Shown here: positions 37,564-48,201 of the stretch, one piece after another
Layout of the letters: every line of letters begins with the position of its first letter
Position numbering within the stretch: the first letter of the stretch is position 1
Assembly: GCA_011364965.1 (NCBI GenBank)
Contig: RDOB01000011.1
Location: forward strand, 1 to 51,321
DNA from: Candidatus Heimdallarchaeota archaeon
GTDB lineage: Archaea > Asgardarchaeota > Heimdallarchaeia > Hodarchaeales > Hodarchaeaceae
Length of the DNA stretch: 51,321 nt
Direction of reading: 5' to 3'
Made by a program: the position numbers and the translations under genes
The notes under the pieces: generated by a model
Told to the model about the DNA's origin: nothing
What the model saw: the letters and a program-made list of their open reading frames with translations, nothing else
Databases searched by the model: none

Positions 37564-40500
37564 ATGGGGAATTCAGCTAAATGTCAGAATTGTGGGAATG
37601 AAGTTCCTTCCCAAGCAAAATTCTGTCCGAAATGCGGTACAAGTATCAAGGGTACTTTATCATCAAAGGAAATTACTCCTGGAACAACCCTGAAATCCAA
37701 ACAAATCGAAGAAGAAAGTCGATCTCCAACTACACAGAGCTCCAGATCGCTTGTTCCAATTGTAAGCTTCTGGCATTTTATAAATACGCACATATTTCAA
37801 ATATTTGTGGTCATAGGAACATTGAGTCTTATCGCTGCAGTCACATTCGTCATTATAGCTTTTATTCCAAGAGAATTGATAACTGATATTGAGATCCCTC
37901 CCATAGAAGGCTTTATTTTTGACTTTTTTGTTATCATTAGCATAATTTTAACGCTAGGTAAAGAAATCAGTTATATTCTGGGATATATGAGGCGGAAAAC
38001 AATTCTAGATAAATGGTTTTCTTTTGTCATTTTACTCATTTGGTGGATTAATCTAATAACATATGCATTAAACCTAGTGAGAACAAGTATTTTCTATGAT
38101 TTGGGAGTAACATTACCTCAGATCTTTTTACTGTTCAGTATGATAGATCTAGTAGTCGCTCTTTTTTATTTTGTGCGATACAGGGAAACCCTCTTTTCAA
38201 GCACCTTGGTAGTTTCCATAATGACAATAATCTATTTACAGCAATGGATAATCCCTGTAGAACCAATAATCTATACAGCGATTATTCTAATGACCTCTAT
38301 AATCCTATTTCTCATTAGTCTTCTCACAAAAAATGTTGTTCCAACCATTGGAACCATGGTATTGGTTCCTGTCATGTTTTTGTCCCCTTATATCCTTAGT
38401 AATACTTGGGTTATAGCAATAGCTGTTCTCTTTGGATCATTTCCATTTGTTGAAATTTATTTGAATAGAAAAGTTCGAACAGAAACCCCGACCCTTAACA
38501 AAAGCATAAATGTTATTTCTAATGTCTCTAGTTTATTTGGAATTATTACTTTGGGTTTTGCTGTATTTTATGGCCATTTAGGAGAGGAAATGTTCCTTCT
38601 AATCCTTTCAATTATAGTTATGGCTTTAATAATTCTAAAAATGCTGTATAAAGAACACCTAGTGTCTCCATTAAAGGATTGGTTTTTAAGTGTGATCATT
38701 ATCTTTTTCATAGCATTTTTTGATATGATTTCAATAAATATCTTCATTTTAACAGGATTAGCAGGTATTCAAACCCTATTTGCTTCTTTTAACTTCTGGG
38801 AATATGTGAATACAAAAAATAATCAATTAATACGATATTCCGAATTCTTGCTTCTAGCAACGTTAACTATAATTTCAATAACAAAAATAGATTTTATCCC
38901 AAAAAGTAGTTTTATTATCCTACCTTTGCTAAGCTTACTATTATTATTACATCGAAGAATAGAAATTGATCACACTACTGTTAGATTATTTGTTTTTGGT
39001 TTTTCCTCATTGTTTATTTTAAACTTTTTCCAGCATACATTATATGATTGGATAATTATACCTGTTTATTCTTTGATTGCACTGGAAGGGATAGTGTGTA
39101 TCAAAATATTTCATGATATAAGAGAGCAGGAAAGCTTTCATTTAGATTTAGGCATTCTAACCCTTATATTGGAAATTGATTTACTAATACTAATGCTGGG
39201 GACAACAACACGAACAGAAATGATCTATCCTGTAATAATGCTCATTGCTGTAGTAATTCTAGTAAGTGGAGTCCAATTGAAGAGACATATACATGAGAAG
39301 TTTCTCTGGATAAATTCAACTTATATAATTGCATTTGGAATAATGGTTTTTTGGAATGAATTTGATCCTATTTTCACCCTTATTATTACAATGCTGACCC
39401 TTCTTCCACTGATGTTAGAGAAAGTTAGTTTCAGCATGTTAGATCTCCCGGTACAACTAGATAGAGCAATTCAATCACATAATTTTAATATCGCATTATC
39501 AGCTTTGGGATTAACACTTGTTATCCTCTTTGAAGAATTAGATCCAGTAATTCATGCTATATTACTACTCTTGGGTCCTCTGTTATGGATAATTATCTCC
39601 TATCAAAACAACATTAACAATTCAATAACAACTCTGTTAACTTTGATACCCTCAAGCTTTATCTTTCTAGTTGAGATGATTATACATAATACCTTGTTCA
39701 CACCGATTACAGAAACCTTTTATTTATATTCCACATTAATAGTAGTCTCAATCCCAGCAATTATTCTTCAAAGTGCGAAAATACTAAAGAAAAAAGAATT
39801 AACAGTTAATCATATCAACCCTCTTATTATAATGACTGCAGCACTCGGGATACTGATAACCTATTCGACATGGATCTATAAACTCGATATTGAAGTTATT
39901 TCACTACTTTACATCATCTTACTAGTCTTATTTATCTGCTCCTCAATAGTGATAACTTGGCAATATGAATCAATATTACTTGTTATCATTACTTTCATAC
40001 CCTCTATTTTGTTTCGACAAGATTTAGGTTTCCATCAACTAGTGCTGTACATCCTCCCAATCCTTCCCCTCTGTTTCAACATTGGAATTGCTCTCAAGCG
40101 AATGAAATCTCCCTTTGCGGTCAAAATACACGAAATCTTGATGGTAATTTATCTTATTTTCTTCATAATTTTTTATCCAATTAAATTTCTTGAGTATACT
40201 GCACTCCTCGCCACATTACTCTTAATTTCGTGGCAACTCCTAGGAATATTAAATAAAAAACTAGATCCACACATGCTAGAATGGACCAATTTCCTAAATT
40301 CAATCTTGGTACTAGTACTGATTATATTTATCGAGTCATTTATCCCAGAAACGACTGTACTCGTGGGCAATGTAGTTTTAAATTTAAATGGCATTTTTCT
40401 TGGGATAATTACTGCGATCCTCGGAATATCAATACTATTAATAATGATCTATAGCCAAATCAAACGCGAGATAATCGCACGACCGATCCTGGTCTCAGGA

Positions 40501-40998
40501 ACTCTAGTAAGCAGTTTCTCGGCATTAATTCTCACTGGAGTTTCTTTGTTAATACGCACCACAGATATTTCATTTGAAATACTTGAACTGGGGATATTAG
40601 TGCTAGCTAGTAGTCTACTTATGGGTAATCTAGTTATAAGTATTCTAATTACAAGAATAAATACACAAATTTTTGCAGGGATTACTTTAGCTACCTCTGC
40701 ATGGGTAGTGATTGTATCGGAATATTTCCCGAACATTGAACTAATCTTTTTATGGATCACATTTGCCCCAGTTCTATTAGGGTTTTATTTCAAAACAAGG
40801 GACAGAAATTATATTATCTCAGGTGTTGTGTTCTATATGATCACAAGTATCAGGTTGCTAGCAGCAATTCTGAATTCCCTGCAAACAGGTGTGACAAACT
40901 GGTTGGCAATCATTGGATTGATATTCTTAGGAGTGGAATTAATATCGATTGGAATGTATAAGGTACAGGAGAAAAGAGAACCAAAATCCACAGAATAA
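37564..40998 (+). CDS. Very large polytopic membrane protein with N-terminal zinc ribbon
   Basis: CQNCG...FCPKCG, then more than 30 hydrophobic segments over about 1050 aa. AGGAG before ATG 37564. Confidence 0.8.
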   Translation: MGNSAKCQNCGNEVPSQAKFCPKCGTSIKGTLSSKEITPGTTLKSKQIEEESRSPTTQSSRSLVPIVSFWHFINTHIFQIFVVIGTLSLIAAVTFVIIAFIPRELITDIEIPPIEGFIFDFFVIISIILTLGKEISYILGYMRRKTILDKWFSFVILLIWWINLITYALNLVRTSIFYDLGVTLPQIFLLFSMIDLVVALFYFVRYRETLFSSTLVVSIMTIIYLQQWIIPVEPIIYTAIILMTSIILFLISLLTKNVVPTIGTMVLVPVMFLSPYILSNTWVIAIAVLFGSFPFVEIYLNRKVRTETPTLNKSINVISNVSSLFGIITLGFAVFYGHLGEEMFLLILSIIVMALIILKMLYKEHLVSPLKDWFLSVIIIFFIAFFDMISINIFILTGLAGIQTLFASFNFWEYVNTKNNQLIRYSEFLLLATLTIISITKIDFIPKSSFIILPLLSLLLLLHRRIEIDHTTVRLFVFGFSSLFILNFFQHTLYDWIIIPVYSLIALEGIVCIKIFHDIREQESFHLDLGILTLILEIDLLILMLGTTTRTEMIYPVIMLIAVVILVSGVQLKRHIHEKFLWINSTYIIAFGIMVFWNEFDPIFTLIITMLTLLPLMLEKVSFSMLDLPVQLDRAIQSHNFNIALSALGLTLVILFEELDPVIHAILLLLGPLLWIIISYQNNINNSITTLLTLIPSSFIFLVEMIIHNTLFTPITETFYLYSTLIVVSIPAIILQSAKILKKKELTVNHINPLIIMTAALGILITYSTWIYKLDIEVISLLYIILLVLFICSSIVITWQYESILLVIITFIPSILFRQDLGFHQLVLYILPILPLCFNIGIALKRMKSPFAVKIHEILMVIYLIFFIIFYPIKFLEYTALLATLLLISWQLLGILNKKLDPHMLEWTNFLNSILVLVLIIFIESFIPETTVLVGNVVLNLNGIFLGIITAILGISILLIMIYSQIKREIIARPILVSGTLVSSFSALILTGVSLLIRTTDISFEILELGILVLASSLLMGNLVISILITRINTQIFAGITLATSAWVVIVSEYFPNIELIFLWITFAPVLLGFYFKTRDRNYIISGVVFYMITSIRLLAAILNSLQTGVTNWLAIIGLIFLGVELISIGMYKVQEKREPKSTE

Positions 40999-41038
40999 AA
41001 GCAGGTGGAGGAAACGTCTCATATAGAAATAAGCCCTT

Positions 41039-41168
41039 AACTTGGATGGATTGGGGTGAAAACCACCTCAATATCCTCTCAGAGGCTTTCTATCCAGTTT
41101 GTTCATCGTTGACCTTATTATGGATTCTCTCTGAATTTTATATGCTTACAATCCCTTCCTGTAGGGAT
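41039..41168 (+). other. Predicted structured element (three-way junction plus hairpin)
   Basis: 41043-50/41089-96, 41051-58/41064-71 and 41075-78/41082-85 pair (G-U pairs on the + strand); ATCCCT/AGGGAT hairpin at 41151-41168. Confidence 0.35.
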
Positions 41169-41296
41169 ATTTCCATGTTGGAGTGTGGAGGGGTCTGTTG
41201 AAGTCTCTATCCTATAATTCTGGAGTTGTAGCTACTTTTAGTTTTAAATTTCTTGAGTTTCATTTACTATTTAGCTTTTCAAATCTATAAACAACC

Positions 41297-41659
41297 TCAA
41301 AAAATTGATAACTCATCGTAATCATAAAGATAGAGCCAGAATGAAAGAAAAATCGATTCTACAATTGCGAAAAGGGAGGATCTTCGGGATATTTTCTTTG
41401 AAGAGAATTTCATCACGAGTTTTACAGACCAACTGAGAACTTTTTATGATATGCCTCTTGCTATGAACACATTTATTATCAATCCGATGAATAATGAAAA
41501 AGGGAGAAACATGGAGAAACATAAATGTGACTCGTAGCTGTTTGATATTGGTAAGAAACTTAACAAAGGGGGAGAAAGAAACAAGAACCAAACATGTAAT
41601 GCGGTAAAAATGGATTTTATTAAGTAATTAAGTAATAAAATATAATATTTACCTTGCAA
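41297..41659 (-). pseudogene. Possible small membrane protein interrupted by an in-frame TAA (41444-46)
   Basis: Hydrophobic reading continues past the stop (…IARGIS*KVLSWSVKLVMKF…SLFAIVESIFLSFWLYLY); start overlaps the protease stop. Confidence 0.3.
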
Positions 41660-43331
41660 TTCTTCTCCTAATGATAAGAATTAAAATAACTAAAATTCCT
41701 CCTGAAATCAATAGCAAGAAAGTCTGAATATTTTGCTCCGCCTTTGATTGCTTATTAAATTGATCAAATAGGTAAATAAGGGTCTGTAGAAGATGTGTTT
41801 GGTTAATTATTCCCTCCTGATATTGTTCGAGATAAGGAGTAAGGGAGACAGCTGAGGTAGATAGTGCCGAAACCAGAGACAAAATTTGGTTTCGACCACA
41901 TAATTGTTGATCAAAAAAATCCCACACCCATCCCGTAATAAAATAACTCATGGGAGAAGATGTATACCCCCAAAGCCAGCTATCCCCAAGAGTCTGAGAG
42001 GTTGTATTCCAATAATCATGGGGATGCACTAAACCAAGAATATGCCCCAGTTCATGGAGTGTAGCAAGAGAGAAGCCCTCGGATCCGTCTAAGACCATAT
42101 CATAGGTTAAGGTAACCAACGCCATCCCCCCAAATTCTGGATCCGCATTCATGGGAAGAGTGAGACCTGTGAAGTACTGAGAGTCAGTCCAAGGCAATTG
42201 AGTATCATTTCCGAACAGAATCGCCACAAATACATCTCGGGGGGTATAGAACTCATTAATCTCCTGATAGGACGAATCAAAAAACTCCAGTGAATTACTT
42301 TGAATGTGATGTACTATTGTGGTCACCCAAGAAGGAAAGCTCGTCAAGGGGTGGGATGTTAGATTACTTAGTTCCAATGAAGCGCTTACAAGGGACATAG
42401 TTAGTGAAATGTCTGTGAAGGGAAGGAGAGAAGCTAATAACGAATGAATGCGGGATGAGTTTAGATAAGAGAGCATTTCTAAAGGAGTAAAAGTCTTATC
42501 GAGACCAATAAGGCTCATGTAGACTCGAAGCTGGGGGACATAATCAAAACGATAAACAGATGAAGGATTGAGTCGGCAGATGACCCATTGTTCGACAAGT
42601 GGGACTACCTCTCTTACCCACTGATGTGTAGACCACGAATTTGAATATACATTTTGAATAAGAGGATAATCTGGACAAGAAAATACTGGTAAGGAAGAAA
42701 CAAGAAATCCACCATAGGGATATTTATTCCCTGAAAAACTGACCCCGAAACGTGCGAGAGGACGGAAGAAAGAGATTTCGTTTGTATCAGGATCAAGCGC
42801 GGTATGGTCTATATAAACTGATTTATTCTCGAATAAAGATGAGGAATAAGCTAGATTCAGAATGAAGAAGACCATTTTAGCAGAACCAAACTTATGTTCA
42901 AAATAAGAGCGCAGGATGCGGTCAAAATCTGAATGAGGGATAAAGTAAGAATCCGTAGAAGAATTATAGGATGCAGCGGAATAAAGATCAAGAACCAAAA
43001 TATCAGGGCTAGATAAATATGTAAATTGAAGGTGAAGGTTCAGTACCGTGAATGATGTACCTGATGGATATTCGGAAACACACGGGGATGTGAGATGGGA
43101 AGTGAGACTCTGTTCGAGAAGAGAGGAGGTATTTAATCCTAGAACAATGATTTCTAATATCCGATTTTCTTGAAAAACAGGTAAATTTTGGGAAGACGAT
43201 GCAACAGATCGATTAGAAGGAGAATATATATAGAAAATATAGAGGGAGAGAATTACAATTAGAATAGGTGCATTGAGAGATTTAATGCAAAAAAAATGCT
43301 GTGATTTAACCTGCACGTACCTCAACCTCAT
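41649..43331 (-). CDS. Membrane-anchored metzincin-type zinc metalloprotease
   Basis: HELGHILGLVHPHD, Met-turn SPMSY, N-terminal hydrophobic segment, C-terminal TM + RRRIAR. Confidence 0.85.
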   Translation of the reverse strand: MRLRYVQVKSQHFFCIKSLNAPILIVILSLYIFYIYSPSNRSVASSSQNLPVFQENRILEIIVLGLNTSSLLEQSLTSHLTSPCVSEYPSGTSFTVLNLHLQFTYLSSPDILVLDLYSAASYNSSTDSYFIPHSDFDRILRSYFEHKFGSAKMVFFILNLAYSSSLFENKSVYIDHTALDPDTNEISFFRPLARFGVSFSGNKYPYGGFLVSSLPVFSCPDYPLIQNVYSNSWSTHQWVREVVPLVEQWVICRLNPSSVYRFDYVPQLRVYMSLIGLDKTFTPLEMLSYLNSSRIHSLLASLLPFTDISLTMSLVSASLELSNLTSHPLTSFPSWVTTIVHHIQSNSLEFFDSSYQEINEFYTPRDVFVAILFGNDTQLPWTDSQYFTGLTLPMNADPEFGGMALVTLTYDMVLDGSEGFSLATLHELGHILGLVHPHDYWNTTSQTLGDSWLWGYTSSPMSYFITGWVWDFFDQQLCGRNQILSLVSALSTSAVSLTPYLEQYQEGIINQTHLLQTLIYLFDQFNKQSKAEQNIQTFLLLISGGILVILILIIRRRIAR

Positions 43332-46300
43332 CTCCGTTCCCTCCGAGTCTTACGTTGAGAAGGTCTAAATCCCTTTGAAGATCTTATCCTCTCTTTAGTT
43401 GTAGATTTAGGATTCTTTTCTGATTCATTAAATTCTTCATTTACTCCTCTAATTCGATTCAAAATCCGTTGACGTTGAGAATAAGTAAGGGTACCGCCCA
43501 GAATCCCTAATATTAAAACGAAGGATAAAATGTCGGTTTGTGTAGGTACTTGGAGAAATTGATAAGACAAACTAGCCCAATTAACCGCGAGATCCTGAAT
43601 ATACAGCCGCAAATGATGCACTGAAAATACTCCTGCGTGTGGTAATGAAACATAGACCATATAATGAAGTTCATCTTCTTCACTTCCTATTCCTCCTTGG
43701 GGTAAGCTGAAACTACGAATAGAAAGCGATACATTCGACTTCCCATTCCAACTCGCAAGGACAATGGAAGGTTCTTCAGCAAAATAAATGGCCATAAGGT
43801 CATCCTGACCAGTAAAAGTTCCAGTGAATTGTAAAGTAACTTGACTGGCGGAAAAAGGAGTGTCATCAATTGTAAAAGTATACCTAACTATCTGGTTATT
43901 TCCAAGGAGGTCCTGCACGAAGATAATAAACTGATAGGTCCCTTCCAGAATGCTTGAGATGTTAATCACAACTCGTGTTGTATCAAAATAAGTCGGAAGA
44001 ACCTCAAATTCCCACTGATAATAGCTAGTCGCATTAACAGCTTCAGAAGCTGTAAATTCAATAACCTGACCAGTTTTAAGGGAGCTATGATTGCGAGGAG
44101 TAATAGTGATTTGAGGAGGGGAGCCATCTACGGTAAACCAACAGGTATACGTATTCATATTGGCTGCTTCATCGTAATAGAGGATCTCAATAGTATACTT
44201 CATTTCCGCAGCAGGTAAGGTTTGGGTGATAACATTCTGGACTAAAGAGAAGGATTGATTGTACCATGGATTAGTGCCTCGAAACCAGTGAAGCTCCGTA
44301 TATATGATTATTTCACTAAATGTAATTGTGACATTTGTTAAAGGTAGCTGAGGAGTATTACGGCGGGGAACACAGGAACTAACTGTTGGGTTGACATTAT
44401 CACGCCAAAAAAACCAGGAATCACGCTGTTGATTATGTACATAGTCTTTTGTGACAATCGTCAGGTTATTGAGGACATCTCCAAGAATCTTGGTGCTCAA
44501 GTGGAATGAATAACTCTCATTAGAAAGCAATAAAGACTGATTAGATGTGAAAGAACCATTATTCCATATAATGAATACATAAAGGACATCTTCATTAACT
44601 GCAATTGTAAAAGTCTCTTCGGATCGTATAAAGTATGTCATTCCCATATTAAGGGTTCCATCGCCACAAAAAGGGGGAATAGCCCGCGTTAGGGTGATCT
44701 CTGGGGCAGTACTATCAACTTGATAATAAATTGACTGATTAATTATTACAGAATCTCCAAGATCAAATTCGAGAAACAACTTAAGAGAAGCAGATACAAC
44801 AGGAACGGGGATTATGAGCTTCGATTGACCTACAAGCCATCCAGAGGTGAAAACTAGAAACCCATTCGAGCAATTAAGCCAAGAATAGCAATAATTATGT
44901 GGAGAATCTGTAAGATTCAATTCTACAAAGATCCCTCCTTGAATTCTAGACTGATTCGCGTTACTCAGCTCCTTTAATCCTATGCCCGTATAAAAGAGAA
45001 AGAGTTTCATATTCCAATTACACGCTGAATCCCGTACGAACACTTCCAAAATATGAGGATTGGACGCAACATTTTGTGGAATCGTGAACGAATAAAGGGA
45101 GTTAGAGGGGGATACTGAGGTGTTTATGTTCTCATCCCAGTTGAAAAGTAACTCTGTAGGAGTCTCATTGAATGCAACTTGAAATACAAATGGTGCATGA
45201 ATAACGCTCATATTCTCGAGAATCTGTAAATTAATAGAGATAGATTCCTCATCACGAGTGAAATGAAACGTAAGATTAGCCCAGATTGTATCTTTTCCTT
45301 CGACATTCAATATTAAAATTGTTTCTTTTTCAATTGAATTAGACCACTCACTTAAAGAAGTAAGAAAGAAAGCTGTATTCAAGGTCTCCAGAGGAGTATC
45401 AGCCCCCCATTGCGATACCACTAGAGGGAGGACTTCTCCAAAAGTGAAATTTAAAGGGGAATCAGACCGAATATGACTATTATTAGAATATTCTTGGAGG
45501 ATAATGTGAGGTAGAACAGCCCATTGAAAGAATTGACGTGTCCACCTGCGTTGAGTATCTTCGAGATACACGGTGAGATTGTGAATACCAGAGGAGGAAG
45601 GGATTGAAGGAAGGTAAGTCGTATTATACATTGAGGTATCTACATTAAATAAAATCGTACGCCATTCGTTGGCGTTTAGCTGGTAGGCAATTGGAGTACC
45701 TTGCTCAACGAGAGACCCATTGAGAGGAGTAATGAGAATAATTCCCAAAGAGATATTATATCCCCCGATATATTCTGCAAGATTTCCTGCTTCATCAGTT
45801 GCTTCGATTTTGAGTGTACTAAATCCGTATGTCGAGGGGAGAAGTACCCAATAAGGATTATCTCCATAAAGAGGAGCAGAAATACTATTGATTTTTCCCC
45901 ATAACATCTGAGGGGTCTCGGTTAATGTGATCGTTACATTAGTTGAAGGCAAAACAGTCCCATTAGTTGGAGACACGATGATCCCAATCGGAGTATTATC
46001 AATCTCAAACAAAAAAATCCAGAGCTCATAGGATCCAACTGCTTTTTCAACGTTCACATGCAAAACATGGATGCCTTCGCTTGAAGGGGTGGGGTCAATT
46101 ACACCACTGTATGAGCATGCATCCCATGCATAGAGGGCATTATAAGGATTGGAAAATTGGAACGCAATTAAAACCCCAGATTGAAGCACACTATTATTGG
46201 GGGGAATACTACGAACAGCAAAACTGATGTCATATTCTAAATAAGTATGATTAAGGTTTCCATCGACATCAGAGAGGTAAACCTCAAGTAAATGTACTCC

Positions 46301-46912
46301 AGAGGGTAATTCTACAATTAAATTTAACGAAGAGGCGTTAAAGGCAATATCTTGAAATGGATTCGCGTCCCACCGGAACTGACTGTTTGTGACATTTTCA
46401 GAGAAATCAATTTGAAGGGATGAGAACGCAGGGAGAGTACTCATATTAGCATGAGAGAGGGAGAACTGTGGACTGTGGGTGTCGTAATAGAACCGAAATA
46501 TTCGAGAGATCCAAGTGGTCACATTAGTGGGAGTATAAACAAATAATAAAATCCAAGCTTCAATCCCAACAATATTGGGATCGTAAAGGATAAAATATTC
46601 ATTTTGTACCACAAAACTAGAATTTGAAGCTTCCAGCTCCCAATGGTAGAGAACGGTATTATTAAAAGACTCTAGAAGTTGAAATAATAATTCAGAACCT
46701 AATGTGACATGGGAATTATTCTCAGGAGTCTGAAGAATAATATCAGTACCCTGATCTATTTGTAAACGAGGAGGGAATACTGGTATTGCTGAAAAGTCTG
46801 TCTTATGTTTCAAACTCTGACTTAAAGCAGGAAATTGCGCTATGCAAATAATAAGAATGAAAATAATCGTTAAATAAAAGTCTTGAATTCTTCTATACTT
46901 AATGAAAAGCAT
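43328..46912 (-). CDS. Large cell-surface glycoprotein with about 12 tandem Ig-like repeats
   Basis: Signal peptide; recurring P-x-N-x-S…F-x-E…Y-x-W-D…G-x-H-x-L-x-V…D-x-x-G-N…D-x-T-P-P units of about 85-95 aa; C-terminal TM and basic tail. Confidence 0.85.
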   Translation of the reverse strand: MLFIKYRRIQDFYLTIIFILIICIAQFPALSQSLKHKTDFSAIPVFPPRLQIDQGTDIILQTPENNSHVTLGSELLFQLLESFNNTVLYHWELEASNSSFVVQNEYFILYDPNIVGIEAWILLFVYTPTNVTTWISRIFRFYYDTHSPQFSLSHANMSTLPAFSSLQIDFSENVTNSQFRWDANPFQDIAFNASSLNLIVELPSGVHLLEVYLSDVDGNLNHTYLEYDISFAVRSIPPNNSVLQSGVLIAFQFSNPYNALYAWDACSYSGVIDPTPSSEGIHVLHVNVEKAVGSYELWIFLFEIDNTPIGIIVSPTNGTVLPSTNVTITLTETPQMLWGKINSISAPLYGDNPYWVLLPSTYGFSTLKIEATDEAGNLAEYIGGYNISLGIILITPLNGSLVEQGTPIAYQLNANEWRTILFNVDTSMYNTTYLPSIPSSSGIHNLTVYLEDTQRRWTRQFFQWAVLPHIILQEYSNNSHIRSDSPLNFTFGEVLPLVVSQWGADTPLETLNTAFFLTSLSEWSNSIEKETILILNVEGKDTIWANLTFHFTRDEESISINLQILENMSVIHAPFVFQVAFNETPTELLFNWDENINTSVSPSNSLYSFTIPQNVASNPHILEVFVRDSACNWNMKLFLFYTGIGLKELSNANQSRIQGGIFVELNLTDSPHNYCYSWLNCSNGFLVFTSGWLVGQSKLIIPVPVVSASLKLFLEFDLGDSVIINQSIYYQVDSTAPEITLTRAIPPFCGDGTLNMGMTYFIRSEETFTIAVNEDVLYVFIIWNNGSFTSNQSLLLSNESYSFHLSTKILGDVLNNLTIVTKDYVHNQQRDSWFFWRDNVNPTVSSCVPRRNTPQLPLTNVTITFSEIIIYTELHWFRGTNPWYNQSFSLVQNVITQTLPAAEMKYTIEILYYDEAANMNTYTCWFTVDGSPPQITITPRNHSSLKTGQVIEFTASEAVNATSYYQWEFEVLPTYFDTTRVVINISSILEGTYQFIIFVQDLLGNNQIVRYTFTIDDTPFSASQVTLQFTGTFTGQDDLMAIYFAEEPSIVLASWNGKSNVSLSIRSFSLPQGGIGSEEDELHYMVYVSLPHAGVFSVHHLRLYIQDLAVNWASLSYQFLQVPTQTDILSFVLILGILGGTLTYSQRQRILNRIRGVNEEFNESEKNPKSTTKERIRSSKGFRPSQRKTRRERR

Positions 46913-47079
46913 TTTGGATTAACTCCCGAACTTCTGGTCAACAATGATCCTGAGACCCGACCCACAAAATCGGAGCCTCTCACTAGATTAAATATCTTCT
47001 TTATATACTCGCAATGACCAAACCAAAATACAACGAAAGGAATAAGAAGGATGATAACTAAAATATAATCTTTTTTTGA

Positions 47080-47912
47080 TTATAGGAATGAATCCACTCC
47101 ATATGGTTCAACCTTAATGGTATATCTTCTTTGAAACCATTGTTCGATATAGAAATGATTACCTTGCCAACAAAAAGCAATGAGAAATAGGAGAAATAGG
47201 GTATAGAGGGGGGAATTCATATCACTTTTTGTTAGTATAATACCCAAAATGGAAGCTGAAAGCCCAATGTATGTGAAAAAGAAGGTAATTTTATTGATAC
47301 GGGACTTGAGTAACTCAAGTATCCAGTTTTGAACATTTACATTCTCGAAAAGAATGGATAATGAGGTTAAGCAGATAATCATTACAACCGAACCAATAAA
47401 AGAAGGAAGATGAGAGATTAAGAAGGTTGGGATGGTATTCATTGAAATATGTCATAAAATAGTTGACAAAAAACCAAAACGAAGAAATAAGCCTCCATAA
47501 ATGACTCCGCCCACAAAGTAATACAGAAATGATTGAGTTCCCCAAGTAGATAGGTGTGAATTGGCAAAGTAGATGGATGAAATCATTATGACTACACCTT
47601 GCAGTCCTCTTATTGCACAAAAGGTCTTATTCTTCCTTATTTGAGACGGAAATAACCGAATTGGATAAGTAAGATCCTTTTGCTTAAAACCAAAAAAAAT
47701 AGAGCAAATAGAGCCAAATCTAATACTCCAATAATTAATCCACGAAAAAATATCTCTTCAAATATAGGTCCGTTCACAGTAAATAGCAAAAATTGCGCAA
47801 GAAATTGTTCATAGGGTAAAGTAGCGTTTGGGGGGAATAAATACTCTATAAACATTCTTAAAAATTCTGGAAACAGAAACAGTCCTGAATACCCCAAATG
47901 AAATCTCCTCAT
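47080..47912 (-). pseudogene. Fragmented CPBP (Abi/type II CAAX) intramembrane protease
   Basis: GPIFEEIFFRG (EExxxR) in 47637-47912; ISVLLCGRSH (degenerate FxxxH) in 47315-47620; FLISH in 47080-47442. Motifs are in order but split across separate ORF fragments. Confidence 0.6.
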
Positions 47913-48201
47913 TGACTCTTCATCCCTTCGTGTTATTACTCCTATTATGGTCTCAATAATGATTCTAATTAAATTTTCTTATTCACCTTGAAATGTATGG
48001 ACCTCTTGTCCATTCTTAAAAAAAACAATCGAAATGGAGGGAGTGGTTCTCCATACAGAACTCCAATAGGAATTCCTCTAGCTGATACTATGAAAATTCA
48101 TTCAATCTAAAGCAACCTTACAAAAAATATATGTACTTTCTTAATAAAAAAAGTATAAATGAAGGAATTATCCAAAAAATAGAAGAACCTTTTTCAGATG
48201 C

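Noticed and set aside
41039-41099. Hammerhead ribozyme or glycine/SAM riboswitch
   Set aside because: Conserved cores (e.g. CUGANGA/GAAA) are not matched on either strand.
12591-47620. Other 60-106 aa ORFs nested in or opposite long genes (e.g. 19100, 23632, 27929, 36596, 40449, 45701)
   Set aside because: Fully overlap confident CDSs. Only 47315-47620 was kept, as part of the CPBP pseudogene.
47979-48077. Minus-strand fragment TPSISIVFFKNGQEVHTFQGE resembling a thioredoxin C-terminus
   Set aside because: Short, no start and no CxxC; could be a remnant but cannot be supported.
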